Shown here: in pieces, positions 24,087-36,400 of the stretch
Layout: every line of letters begins with the position of its first letter
Numbering within the stretch: position 1 is the first letter of the stretch
Assembly: GCA_036172245.1 (NCBI GenBank)
Contig: JAYWIR010000018.1
Coordinates: 1,922,001 to 1,986,000 of the forward strand
DNA from: Raillietiella orientalis
Lineage: Eukaryota
Length of the DNA stretch: 64,000 bases
Reading direction: 5' to 3'
Made by a program: the position numbers and the translations under genes
Notes under the pieces: generated by a model
The model's input: only the letters and a program-made list of their open reading frames with translations
Database searches by the model: none
Told to the model about the DNA's origin: nothing

Positions 24087-26984
24087 TTAATCAACAGCCT
24101 TGATTGTAGCCACGATTCTTCCTTCCAGCATTGGTATGACTTCATTATCATCAGTCATTTCTTCATGAATTATTCCTGGACCAAACTCATCACACTCCGT
24201 CTTGAAATAATACCTGCCATAAGAATTCAGGTCAAAGCATTCACATTCATAAGCATTCCCAACAATCACCTATAATTTCCTTTTTTTGGCAACAGTGCTT
24301 TGAACTGTTTAAAGGTAATGTGCCTTCCAGGAAGCTTAGTGCGATAAGGGACAGATTCATCATCGTAGACATATGTAACAATTGTGAAATCTGGTTCTTC
24401 ATTGGTTGTAATACTGGAATAAGGAAGGGAACTGGACGGATGGGAAGTACGAGTCTTTGTGGACATGGGCATTCTAGAGGCTCTGAATGTTAACATGATC
24501 GGTTTGGGCTTAAATAAATACTTAAGCTTGGAGAATTTGAATTTGATTGTATCCTCCAGCCGTCTCCTGGCTTCTTCTAGCTGAGTCATAGTGCTAGGAT
24601 AACAAGGATTAACATCGGGAAATTGCGATGACATAGCCCATGGAAGTTGTACACTTCGTTCTAATGATGGTGTAGTTGTCACTTTTCTACCATGACTAGA
24701 TTTGCTTGGCATGAATTTGAAATAAAATTTTAAAAACACGCACCTTACTCTAACTGGTGCTGGAGGCACAGAGTGGAACCACTTTCCTCGATGTTTCTGC
24801 TCGCCCTCCATGTTAATTGTATGCCTACCATTTTCTCCCATCCATGTTGCCATCCTTGAATTTTGCAAATGCGATGCCAAAAATTCCCAACGTTACATAC
24901 TTGTCTTTAGCATTGGAAGATACATTTTTGCAAGGCCCCATGCTAGAAACTAAACTGATGCCACTATCCACAAAATCACTTCCACTTTTTCTTGCGGCAG
25001 CCTTCTTGCTTGTCTCCTTTGCTGAACGTCTCATATCAATATGGCTGTGATCTTTGCCACCATCTGCCGCATCACTTACACCAACCCAACTTTTAGCGTC
25101 TGGGAAATCATGCACGTTTCCAGAATCCACAGAGAGATTAGAACATGTATCCTACAACATTCCATCAAATGGCATCATGAAAACTATTTACCTTGTCCTT
25201 CCGTCGAGAGGAATGCTGACCACTGTGGACATGCAAACTGCCAACCAACTAAGATATAATTAGCAAGGTAATATGATAATTACGAACAAACCTTTCCGGA
25301 AGGAAAGTAAGCAGCTGGTACTTGACGCTTCCAATTATCAGGAGAACGTGGTCGAGGTGAGTACATTCCTGGGCTGCGAACAGGTGTCTGATGCACTGAA
25401 TCTTTCCATACTCGGGACATGTGATTGTCTGACGGGAAAACGATACTTTGTACTTATCTTCCTTCAGCTTACCTAAAATAGCCTGATCACTATAATCGGA
25501 AGGACCTAGCCGTTCCCTGAGAGAGCCATCCAAGAGAGCAGGCAGAATGCCCATGAAGACATTTCGCCGATGAGATTCTTCTTTGATCTGTTATCGATAA
25601 AAGTTATTACTTTCATATCTATTTAGTTTTTTCACCCACCTCTTCATTCAACCTTAATGATTCCATCAACTTTTCTCTAATTTCCTGATCTTTTTTGCAC
25701 TTTTCCAATTTTTGGCATATAATCTGAGCAAACTTTTTGGGATTCCTTTCTGCCAAATTCTAAAAACAAAAAGGAACAAATATCATTTCATCAGCCTTCA
25801 GCAATTTACTTGATCTTTGATGATTCGTTGAGTCCGAGGAATCACCATATGTGTTTCTAGAACATTGCGATTCTGGTTAATATTTTCTTTCATCCTGAAA
25901 TACTGGCGTCTTAACGACTGTTTGTTACAATGATATGTGTCCCTGCAAAAAAAAAAAGGCTAAAGTAAAATACGCTTGGTGATTCTGTCTCACATAGACG
26001 AGCTATCAGTAATGGACCGCGCATCTTCAGTCATTGCATCGGAACTCAGACTTTGTAACTCGCTATCCATCCGAGAAGTGGGCAGACATGTCGCATAACG
26101 TGCATAAGGGTTATCTTTCAGTCCGCTGAAAATCAAAGGATAATCCTCAACAAGTACACAGTCTCTGAATACCATTCAGCACTATGTATCTTGCTATCTC
26201 CATGGAAGGCAGCTCGTTGATTCTGAGTCAATAGAAGCATGTTCTTAGTTAAAGGTAAAACGACAGTTTTTTTCGATGGAATAGCACACAACTCCGCATC
26301 TTCTTGAACCGTAGGCAGCGCACTTGTTGCTACATTAAGGATCCCACTTGATCGACTAGAGGCTGAAAGTTCATCCTGTGCAGGAGACTCAGTTCCCTGC
26401 TGCATATGCTGAACAAACTGCAAATACACATCACTTTTGAGAAAATTTGGGTAGGTCGTTTCTTGCATATGCAGTTCGACTTCAAGTTGGGCTGCATCGA
26501 ATACGTTTGGATCTCCAACATTTTTACTGGCCAACTTTGAAGCGATTGCACTTTTCGTACTTTCACAGAGTTCAATATCGTGGCTACGAATGAATTTTCG
26601 ATGTATCACTTTGACTAGCTGACTTATGCGCTCGTGATCGTCACGGCTTTGACGTTTCAAGCCTTCACATGCAAACCAAAAGTCCAAGAGATCAGAACAC
26701 CCTTCTTGTATAAGATATTCCTTATATAGGGATACACCTTCACTATCTTCCAATAAATAACGAAAGTTTTCAGCCCATCTTAGATATGGAGGAGTGCTGA
26801 ATTCCAAAGAAAGAGGAGACAAACTTGCACTCCCAGTATAGTCGAATCCTAACGATGGATCAGCTGAAACGGTAAAACAGTTTAAAACAACAAGCTTATT
26901 TGGGAACAGTGACATACTATCTAGAGAATGCGCATAATTCTTCACATCACTCTTTGGATCCAGACTGCTTTTACCAGTTATCAT
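24087..26984 (-). CDS. Axin: Axin, Wnt destruction-complex scaffold, 13 coding exons, ~778 aa
   Basis: Exons 26984-26918, 26863-26173, 26125-25994, 25942-25810, 25759-25640, 25587-25473, 25428-25292, 25248-25192, 25151-24901, 24854-24744, 24704-24522, 24482-24270 and 24213-24087 sum to 2337 nt in frame. Motifs: RGS domain (TPPYLRWAENFRYLLED, LLDFWFACEGLK, TYPNFLKSDVY), DSELQSLSSDA, GSK3-binding helix NPKKFAQIICQKLE, beta-catenin-binding DQAILDNHMSRVW, TQLEEARRRLE and C-terminal DIX ([35 protein letters not shown]). The start codon is uncertain. Confidence 0.96.
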
Positions 26985-28326
26985 AAGAATATAACAATAA
27001 CAGGATCGTTTGCTGCTTTAACAGCAAAATGACCATATGGAACACTTACATACAGTCGTTACGAACACTGCCGAAATGTCTGAAATACATACGAAATTTT
27101 GGAAACATAAAAGCATAAATCAGTGCATTTTCAATGTGGTTTTCAATCAATTTTCACCATCATAATTCTTTGAGTCAATTCAAGACAACATTTTCGCCAG
27201 AAAAATCTTGTACTTCCGATTTCTTTTTCTCCCAATCTTTGAGTGCCCGCCTTAGCTGTACATGTACTAAAATTCCGACGTGGTCATAATTCTTGAAATT
27301 AAATATCATACTGGCACTCTTCAGAGTTGCTTAATCAAATGAAGCAATCTTGCAAACAAACTAGTCTTTACGTACATTTACTATAAGGAAAGATTGAAAG
27401 TGAAAAGGAAAACATTTACTGTATTTGTGGATAACGTACAATACGATGTGATACATTGGAAATTAAGGAAAATAATTGTTTTACGAGTGTTTCTCATAAG
27501 AAATTATTAAATATAAATTAAAATTACTTCATTCAAATCGCCAGTAATAAATATCCCCCTGGATTGCAATAATAATTCTCCGATATAATTAATCCACATT
27601 TTGTGTACATCCGGGTCAAGGTAACAAGTAATTTCAGTACATCTTTTACATGATATCAAGGCTCACTATCAAGTTATACAGTTAAATGCGTTAACTCGTT
27701 AAACAGAAATACTGTATAGTGCACCACGAAAAAAGATCCTGAAGTCCATCATCATCGATACGAACTTGTTTCCCATATACATACACTTATATGGAAAATA
27801 TAAGCTTGCATATACATATTCATGTGTGCAAAGGTGGGAAACTAAGATTCTGATTCCTATTCCCAATTACAGAACTTATTAATCACATTGCACAGTATGC
27901 ACGGGGGGGTGTATTACCCCTTAAACACGCTCTTCAACTGCAAATAATGGTCTACCCGAATAATTCTGAATCATTGAGAGACTGAATGAGTCGATTAGCT
28001 GAACTGATCTTCTTTAAAATACGATACATATAACCACGGATCAAGGAAAGTTCACATCTAAGTCTTTCTGTTTCGAATCGAATAGTATTACCAAAACTGA
28101 CATCCTCTACTTCTGAAACAACCATATAAATGGTTTTGCATCCCATTGAAAGTCTTTTAATATAACAGATATCTCCCTATACAAAATTCTTCATGATTAT
28201 ACTCAAAAAGAATGGTAAATGAGCTCACCGAATTGCAATATTAAGTTTGAAGGCAGGAAGAGAGGCTTCAGTCACTCTCAATAACACCCATAGTTATACT
28301 AACAAAATGAGAACGTTCGCTTTGCC

Positions 28327-28376
28327 GTGTGTGTGTGTGTGTGTGTCTCTCTCTCTCTGTGTGTGTGTGTGTGTGT
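28327..28376. repeat. Compound microsatellite (GT)10(CT)6(GT)9
   Basis: Read directly from the sequence. Confidence 0.95.
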
Positions 28377-31243
28377 TTGCGCTTACATGAAATCAGTGTT
28401 GAAATTTCGGAAAGGCACAATTCATTAAAGGCGAACCCGGAAATTCTGATATCTGCAAACAGGAATTCCAACTATTTATTTAAATGATCTTTGAGATTCC
28501 TAGTCATGAGCTTAAATGAAAACAAGCTCCCAATCAAGCGATACCATGATTTTTCCTACTTGCGTGTATAAAAAAGGAAAGAGATTGGATTGTTTTAGAG
28601 ATTCGCCTGATTAGTATGGATTTCTCCTCAGCATCTTTTAGGAGAAGCAACATTGATTCTTCTATCGTGTCCCATTAGCATTCAATACACACTATCAAAC
28701 TGATCGAGTTCATCCATGTTGACTTAGCTAACTAGAGTTCATTTCGAAGGAGCAATTGCATGAGCTACTGACGTTTCACGAATCCCCGCAGTGCATGGCT
28801 TTCATACCCCATTTTCTGTCAAAAGCTAGTCAGCATCGTCTACATACTGTTCTGTAAGCTTTGTAACATCGCTTCTACTGATAAGAAAGCATACTTTATG
28901 AAAATTTGGAAAATATTCAACAGCTTGGACTCTGACTGGGAAGCAGTTTGACTTAAAATGCAAAGTAAATTTCTTATGCATTACTTGCACAGTCACTTTC
29001 TCCAAGAGACGCTAACTCTGAAAAGGCTTTGGAATGGTTTGAAAAGCCTGAAGAAGAAGGGAAAAAAATCATACGAAACATACGTTAAAATAACACACCA
29101 CTCCGTGATTTCTCTACATCTTTGCAACGAGAAGATTTCACTGTTTAAAAACGAAAAGGAAATGCACCGATTCGATACGAATGGAACCAAACTCCCGAAA
29201 CCACGTCTCGAAACTTCTTACTTGAAAGTCTGCTGCCATTTCCGTTTCTCACCTGACTTGGCAAAAATAACGTACAAAGCAATCATTGACGATAAGTTTA
29301 AAATGAGGAGACCACCGAAAAAAATAAAAGTTGTACTGTGAAAGTGTTCAAAATGAATGATGACGAACAGCAGTCTGAAAGGACATCTACAAGTAGATGT
29401 CGTTTATACACTGCTAAAAACAATATGTTTTATTTAACTGAGTAGCCCATGCCTCATTTAAAAGAATTTCAAATGTGTACAGACGGTGAAAGTGTCAACT
29501 TCCAAAAATGTTTCCAAGCTACGAGAGTTAATCGATCAGAACGATTGTAAACATGTACACGTGTACATTCTTTTCCCTGGTTGACCAAGTTAATCAACTT
29601 CTGGTTGCGTATTATATTACAATCTTGTCGGCCCGGATGATCTCAAAATAGGTTCCTCTTCACGTGCAAAAAATTCTCGATTTCCGACTTCCACATTGCA
29701 CTAACCAATGTGTGTGTACATCCGTAAAGAACCCCATTCCATTTCAGTGTGACTTCAACTGCAGCTCTTGTGCTGCCTTCACATTACTCGAACCCATGGT
29801 GCTTTTTTCATGGAACGTAAACAACTCAAAGTCACTTTCGAACAACCTCTGGGCAATACCCCACTTGATCGAATGAGGAAATCTCCTCCCATCCATGCCT
29901 TTTTCAAAGTTGGAAAAGGCACGTCTGAATTTCGTTCCCTAAAATTGTTCTATGCCTTCACTAGCCGGGAAAGTAGAGAGAACTACCTTCGCGTTCACTT
30001 CACACGTAGTACGAATACATGCAACACGCTAAAGCTCTATACTGAAAAACAGAAAAGAATTTCGGATGATGATAAGCCCTTCCGAAAATCGCTTACCTCC
30101 GTAAAGATAAGTTCTACAACAGATTTTAGAAATCAGAAGACACCTTAACGCTCATTTCATTAACTGATTTACTATAAGAGAACACCCAAGAGTTTTCTAA
30201 AAATATCAGTAACCACACTCAATTAGCAATTACGGATCAAGTGCCCGTCGTTGGGAGAAAAGAGGAAAAACTGTTTACATAAGCCATGCAAAATATGTAC
30301 TTAATAATATGGGGTAATGCTACAGAAAGGTAAGCACCATGGACCCAGGCACGTGAAGACTCTCTGGTGCCTTCACACATTATGCGCTTTGATATTATAA
30401 AATGTTCAGCCCAAGATAAATCAAAACTAAGATTTGAATATGCACATAAGATTCATGCAATTTTTCGAAATAACCTTAGAAGGGTGAATTTTCTGATGGT
30501 TTACCACTTGTTCTCTGGCAACTACGCAATCATGCATGTAATATGAAAAAGCATCCATCTCGTGAATTTCAACTACTCGTCATCACTATACAATACTATA
30601 TCACGTCTTATTCATGATATGACATCTGAGGTGCAAATTTTCTACTCGTGCATGCCGTGGACGAACTGATTTTAAGGAGGAACTCCACGTCCATCCACAA
30701 ATCGGCCTCTCGTGTGTACAACGGTTGCGAACAAGCTATCTGAGTTTAACGATGAGTGGCGTGGTTTTCGTACATAACTACTCGGTAGCAAGCACTCACA
30801 TCGATTCGTCAGGTTATCTTCCCCCGATAGATTTCACGATAAACGCTGGTTTATGCTGGTTTTGGTCTTATAAGTTGTAATTCGAGGTATCAAAGCCACA
30901 CACGTAAAACAATGGATATTGCCCAAACACCCCCCACGGAAACCTCAGGGAATGAACTTCAGGGAATGGACCGCACTGTAGGGTTCGGAGTTGAAAGCAC
31001 TTCTATTGTAAGAGTCAATTACGATCTTTCTTCGTGTTCACCTAGGCGAACTCGATGTGATCTCTTCTAGAATAACTGCAACATCCCATTACTCAAAGAA
31101 ATGAACGCAGCACTCGAATTGATCTGTGGACAACATCCACCGCACTGGAAAATATCCCACTTCCTCTTTGCCGAGAGGCCCTTTTATATTTACCCACTTG
31201 ATCTAGTGTTTTAGGGAGGGTACGAAAAGTTTTAGCAGACGCA

Positions 31244-31275
31244 CCCCCCCCCCACCCCCACCCCACCTCCCCCCC
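31244..31275 (-). other. G-quadruplex-capable motif upstream of the Axin CDS
   Basis: The minus strand reads G7-A-GG-T-G4-T-G5-T-G10, giving four G runs with short loops. Confidence 0.55.
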
Positions 31276-33397
31276 GTCCAATGAACGTCACCACAGCCAA
31301 TGCACTTTCAAGTTGCTTTCAGTTGACAAAATTTGATGCTTTTATCAATGGATCGTTTTAACGGTGCAATTGGAATTATGTAAACCCTGAAAATAGCAGT
31401 TTGGTAGCAAAACGTTAGAACGTTTCAAAATTCGAAAATGATGATGTCAAATCTCCTTTTTTGTTTTTTTTAACGAAGTGATGAACGACGAACAGGAAAA
31501 GTGCATCCAACCACGCGCATTTAACCTTTGCGATTACTTTTGAAATTTCGTAATAAAAAAAAAAAAAATTCAATTGAAAACTGACACAACTTCACTGCTG
31601 TTGTTGTTGTTGTTTCCTACACGCTTGTCCACGTTGACAAATTAACGGAAATCAAAAAAAAAAAAGGGGGGGGGGAACAAAACACCAGAAGTTTCCAACA
31701 AATTACCAGCGATGCAACAGCGGCGGGCGTAAAATTCAGAAGTGACACAAAACAAAGATATCCTCAAAAGAAAAAAAAATCTTTAATGCACGTATCGTAA
31801 AGAGTACAGAAAGAAAACACAACCGAAGCCATGAAACCAAACTTGTGCTAGTACGAGTAATACCAGTACACTTTGCAGACCAAGGTCGTCTTCGTGTCCC
31901 GGGTGTGACGTCAGGAAATTTCCTTCAGGTCCTCTACGGCTTGAAATGGGTATTACGAGCTCCCAAAGAAAGCGTTTGTAAATCAATAAAGTTCTTTCCT
32001 TCGAGGATCTTTAGTGATTGCTCAGATGATTTCTCTGAAGAATTCCCTAGACTGGCGAGGAAGCTCAGTAAATTACGGCAAAGTGCCCAAAACAAAGACG
32101 ATGCACTGATAGTTGATGCGCAGGAAAACCTCATTAGCGGCTCTCCAAAATCTACGAAACTGAATTCACAGAAGATAACGATCAGCTCGTTATTTTTCAA
32201 ACGAGTTCAGTTTCCGAGAGATTCGATTCTTGGAAGTCTTGATTAAAAAAAAAAAAATTGGACGAAAAATCGCGCTGGTTGCAAAACTTTCAGTAACTCG
32301 GACGAGCATACAATTAAATGAAAGGAGACCTGCTTATCCACAAGTCTCGAGCCTCTTACTGGGATCAGAGTCAATCCATAAACAGTCGAAAAGTAAGCAT
32401 CGTGTGTGAACCACGATTTCAGAGTGCGTTAATAAAACGGAAGTGTCCATTACCAAAAACCGAACCCAATGTTCTTACCCAACTCAAATTATGGATAGAG
32501 AAATTCCAAGAAAAAAAAACCAGGTGAGAGCTCTAATTTCTCGCAAACGTTTCTGAAAACGTCCAGGAATTCTGGCTGAAAAGGGAACTTCCTGCCGTTT
32601 TCACTGGTTTTTGAAAAGCGCGAGAATAAGCCTTTACAAACTACGCCAGCGAAATAGAGCGGCTTTCCGAGGCACTCGAATCGTGGATGGAGCAGTGGCT
32701 ACGGAGTCTCCAGACAAACCAACTTTAGCCACAAGAGGTGGTTTCCTTTTTATCATACAAGGCGTATGATAGATAAAAAGGGAAATGCAAGCGGGGGCTT
32801 TTGAGTCAAGAATACAGGTAGTAATGGTGTGGTTGGCCAGACCTGTAAGTTGTACATTCAGAATTTTAAAGAGGCAAACGAGAGAGGAGGAGGGCGACCC
32901 CCACTTCAGCTTTTCTCGTTCGTGATGCCACCTCAAAAATACTCTTGAAATTTTCAATTCAATAACCACTGCGACTACGAAAAGTACGTTTCCTCCACCA
33001 CTTTAGCTGAAACGTGTCGAAACAGATCCTGGATCGCATTCTCTTTCCCTGCACCCCCGAGGGAGCACTTCGGATGCCTACTGACTGCGGCCATTTAGCA
33101 AGCCAATTTCACTGAGGTTACAGAAAGTCGATTTAAAGTTTTCCGAAGTTGCGTTTCATGGAGGTTAACGAATAGTACGAGAAGTAAAAAGAATGCAAAA
33201 AGAGAAGAACGAATTTTAGAACCATGCAGCTATTATGCCATATGTAATCGAAACGACCTTACCACACTTTGTGAGACCATACGTTTTTCCTTCTCGTCTG
33301 CAGAACGCACCGAAGAGAAAAATCAAGCTGCTCAGGCGTCAAACTGCTATTTGAAAAACGAAGACAAAAGTAGTTGACTTAATAAAATATATGTACT

Positions 33398-33429
33398 GCT
33401 GAGCGAATGTACACACACATTCGCTCAGC
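33398..33429. repeat. Perfect 13-bp inverted repeat with a 6-nt loop
   Basis: GCTGAGCGAATGT-ACACAC-ACATTCGCTCAGC. Confidence 0.9.
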
Positions 33430-36400
33430 GTCGGAATAAAAGAGAGCTCTTCGGTGAAAATGCTCTCTGACAACCTCATTGATAATTTAACAGCTTTATT
33501 CGATATTCAAGCTTGCTCTTTGCAAGCTTTTGGTGCAGAAACATGTAAGGCATGTTATCTCAGTAAAGCATGTTATCTATGCTCCGAAATTTTCTTATTT
33601 CATGTAAGTTTATTGTGACTTTAGGTTAATTGTATTATCCACAGCGTTTGGATTCTGCTGCCGTGACAACCGCAGAGGGATCATTCCATACAGCTACGGT
33701 TGAGAAATGCAAAACATCACGGTAGACTTTGCTTCAAAATGTAGCGATAGAGGATTGAAACAGGCAAAACAAGCAAAACGTGGGTCATGTGTGAAAGGAA
33801 CGCATCTTGTGAAATTTCATTTTTCTATTAATTTGTTCAACTCAGCCTCTGAGAATCCATTCAAAGCTGGAAATCCTGCAACTCTTCTTGCTCTACAACC
33901 TTGCGACCACAAGGAGAAAACTCCCCAAAAACCATGCGAATTCTCCGAAATAACTATGCTGAATCATACGCTTCCATACTTTTAAAGCTCATTTTAATAA
34001 GTCTCAAAACGAAAAACGATTCACTTATTTTTAATTTTGTGACCTTTTCAAAATGACCTTCGAAAGCTCCGATCCTTTTATCCATATTAAAATCGTTATA
34101 TTTGTCATTTATTGATTACCTATTATAATTTCACATCTACCTCCATTCACTTAGATTCTTATATGATGACGTGTTAACAGGAAATTGAGAGGACTTGATG
34201 ATTGCACTAGCATTGCTGACAGTGACACGGATATGGCGGATACTTTAACGTCCTTTAATCAACATCAAGTGACGATCAGTCGATGAAAATAGGTTTCGGA
34301 TTCTGAGAGAACCGAAATCAAATCACGACGAATCAATACTCGTGTCGTTTCCACGGAGTTTTCTGCTCCATCCTTCCTTTTCCATCCTCGTTTTCCAACA
34401 GCAATTCTATTTCTGAAGATGCTTTCCCCTTACAGTGCATTTTTTTTTTTTTTTTTAAAGCAGCATTTTGTTTCTGTGGATCGTGAAGAATGCCACACTC
34501 ATCACCGCAGCACCTTCGGTGTGCCGAATGAAATCACGAGAGCCATATTGAGATTCCTTATCAATAAGCTCTCGCCAAAAAAAAAAAAAAAAAAGATTAT
34601 GGATGCAACTAACACCTTACCTCATCATGAGTTCAAGCAGGCAAAACAATAATTTAGCCTGTTGGTCCTCGAAATTAGAATATTACGCATTGCACGTTAC
34701 AGTTTTTGAAGCATTCGAATGTAGTCCTACAGGGAAAAAAAGTACTACACACGCAGGGACAGCTTTCCACACGCATAACTAATTTATTCGATCACAGACA
34801 ATATACACTTCAATAGGAAACGGAATGCCTCTGAATGCCTGCCATATCTGTTTGCCTGCCATATCCGTTGGAAATCAGCTCTTTGCCTCTTCTGTCTTCC
34901 ACAATTATTGTACGCTCGGGAGTAGTGTTTCTAATTCCAATAAGATCTTTAGCAAATTTAAGTTGGGTCAAGTGAGCGCAACACGGCAAAAATTTAGACG
35001 TGCCGTTTAAAAACACTATCACGCTACCCCTGAGCTAGAGATTCTACCCATTTCCACAAAACAGGAATTGCTTTTATGAAAAAAAACGACATCCACATGA
35101 GGGTTCTCCCTCCAGAGAAACCAATTCATTGACTACGTTGACTATTTGCGTCTCCCGAAGGCGACTGCTAATTTTCTCTTGGTGATTTGTTCACTCCTAA
35201 AAAGTCAAAGCCGGGTCCACAGGTTCTGCTCAAAGTGAACTGCCGTGCATGCGAGTTGCACCAGAGACAGCAATAAAAAAACAGACAGTTGGGAAGAAGC
35301 AGGCATAAGGTTTGCAAAAAAAAAAAAAAAAGTGAATCCAACGGTAATAAGAGATGGGGGGAAAAAAAAACAGTTCGAAGGAACTGAGGAAAGTAAGAAC
35401 AAACAAAATGACTCGGGATGCTCAGCAAACATAAGGCTGCGTACTTGGTTACAGGAGAACCGCATCAGCAAAAAAAAATGCACTTTCGAAAAGCGGAAAA
35501 CAATATCATAAGCACTCATTTGGGAAGGAGGTATCACTTGATTTACGCTTGTCCCACAGCTAACCATGGCACGAGATGAAGGACATAAACTGGTCAAATG
35601 AATGATCATCAAAAAGGCAAATCAGATCAAAAAGCAGACCAAACCAAAGCTGAGGAGTTCTGTATGAACACGAAGTTTCTGGAAATGTACATCAACTCAA
35701 GAACAGCCGTGGGTCCGACTCCGGAAACCACAGTTCCATAGAGGAAGTCAGATATAGATCAGACCTACTAGGTAGCTCGTAGTAGGTTTACGTATGGGAT
35801 CAAGCTGGTATTGAGGCATCCCTTTCATTGACTGTGCCAAGATAGGTGGCCATACAGGCTATTCAACTGAAACTTTTCAGACTGCAGTGCTGTGCTAATC
35901 ATGAAGTAGGAAAGTCCAAATCTTGCAAGCCCAGGTGCCTGCCGCAGAACAGGGCAACACGAGATGTTTTCAACTGTTCTTAATAAAACCGTACCTGCAA
36001 TTTGTTTTTTGATCAACGTACGACGAGCAAATAGAACTTTACCTTTAGAAATTACGCTCTAGAGCTTGCGCGGAAGGAAGAAAAAAGATTATTGAGCACA
36101 GAAAACTTGAAAACGAAAAAAAGTAGAAAACTCAGAAAAAAGGAAAAAGCCTCTACCGACTACACTTTCCCTCCACTCAAACCGTTTGAGGGTGGAAATG
36201 AGACCCAAAACCATATCCCATTACATTCGTTAATAGCTACAATCGCTTTATGGAGATACTCCTTAGATTTCTCTTCACACAGCTGGAAAAAAAAAAAAAA
36301 AAAAAAAACGGTTTTCGTCTTCTGTCAACAGGTCAACAAGTAACTCTACGAGGGACTTAGCAAGCATGTTGAATGATTAAATGATACGGACTCGAAAGTG

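Noticed and set aside
26132..26139. TCF/LEF-type site CCTTTGAT in an Axin intron, suggesting Wnt feedback
   Set aside because: A single 8-mer inside a pyrimidine tract with no cluster or helper site; expected by chance.
31860..31945. Minus-strand SHPGHEDD as the missing Axin tankyrase-binding exon
   Set aside because: It lacks the essential Arg and has no convincing splice sites in phase with Axin.
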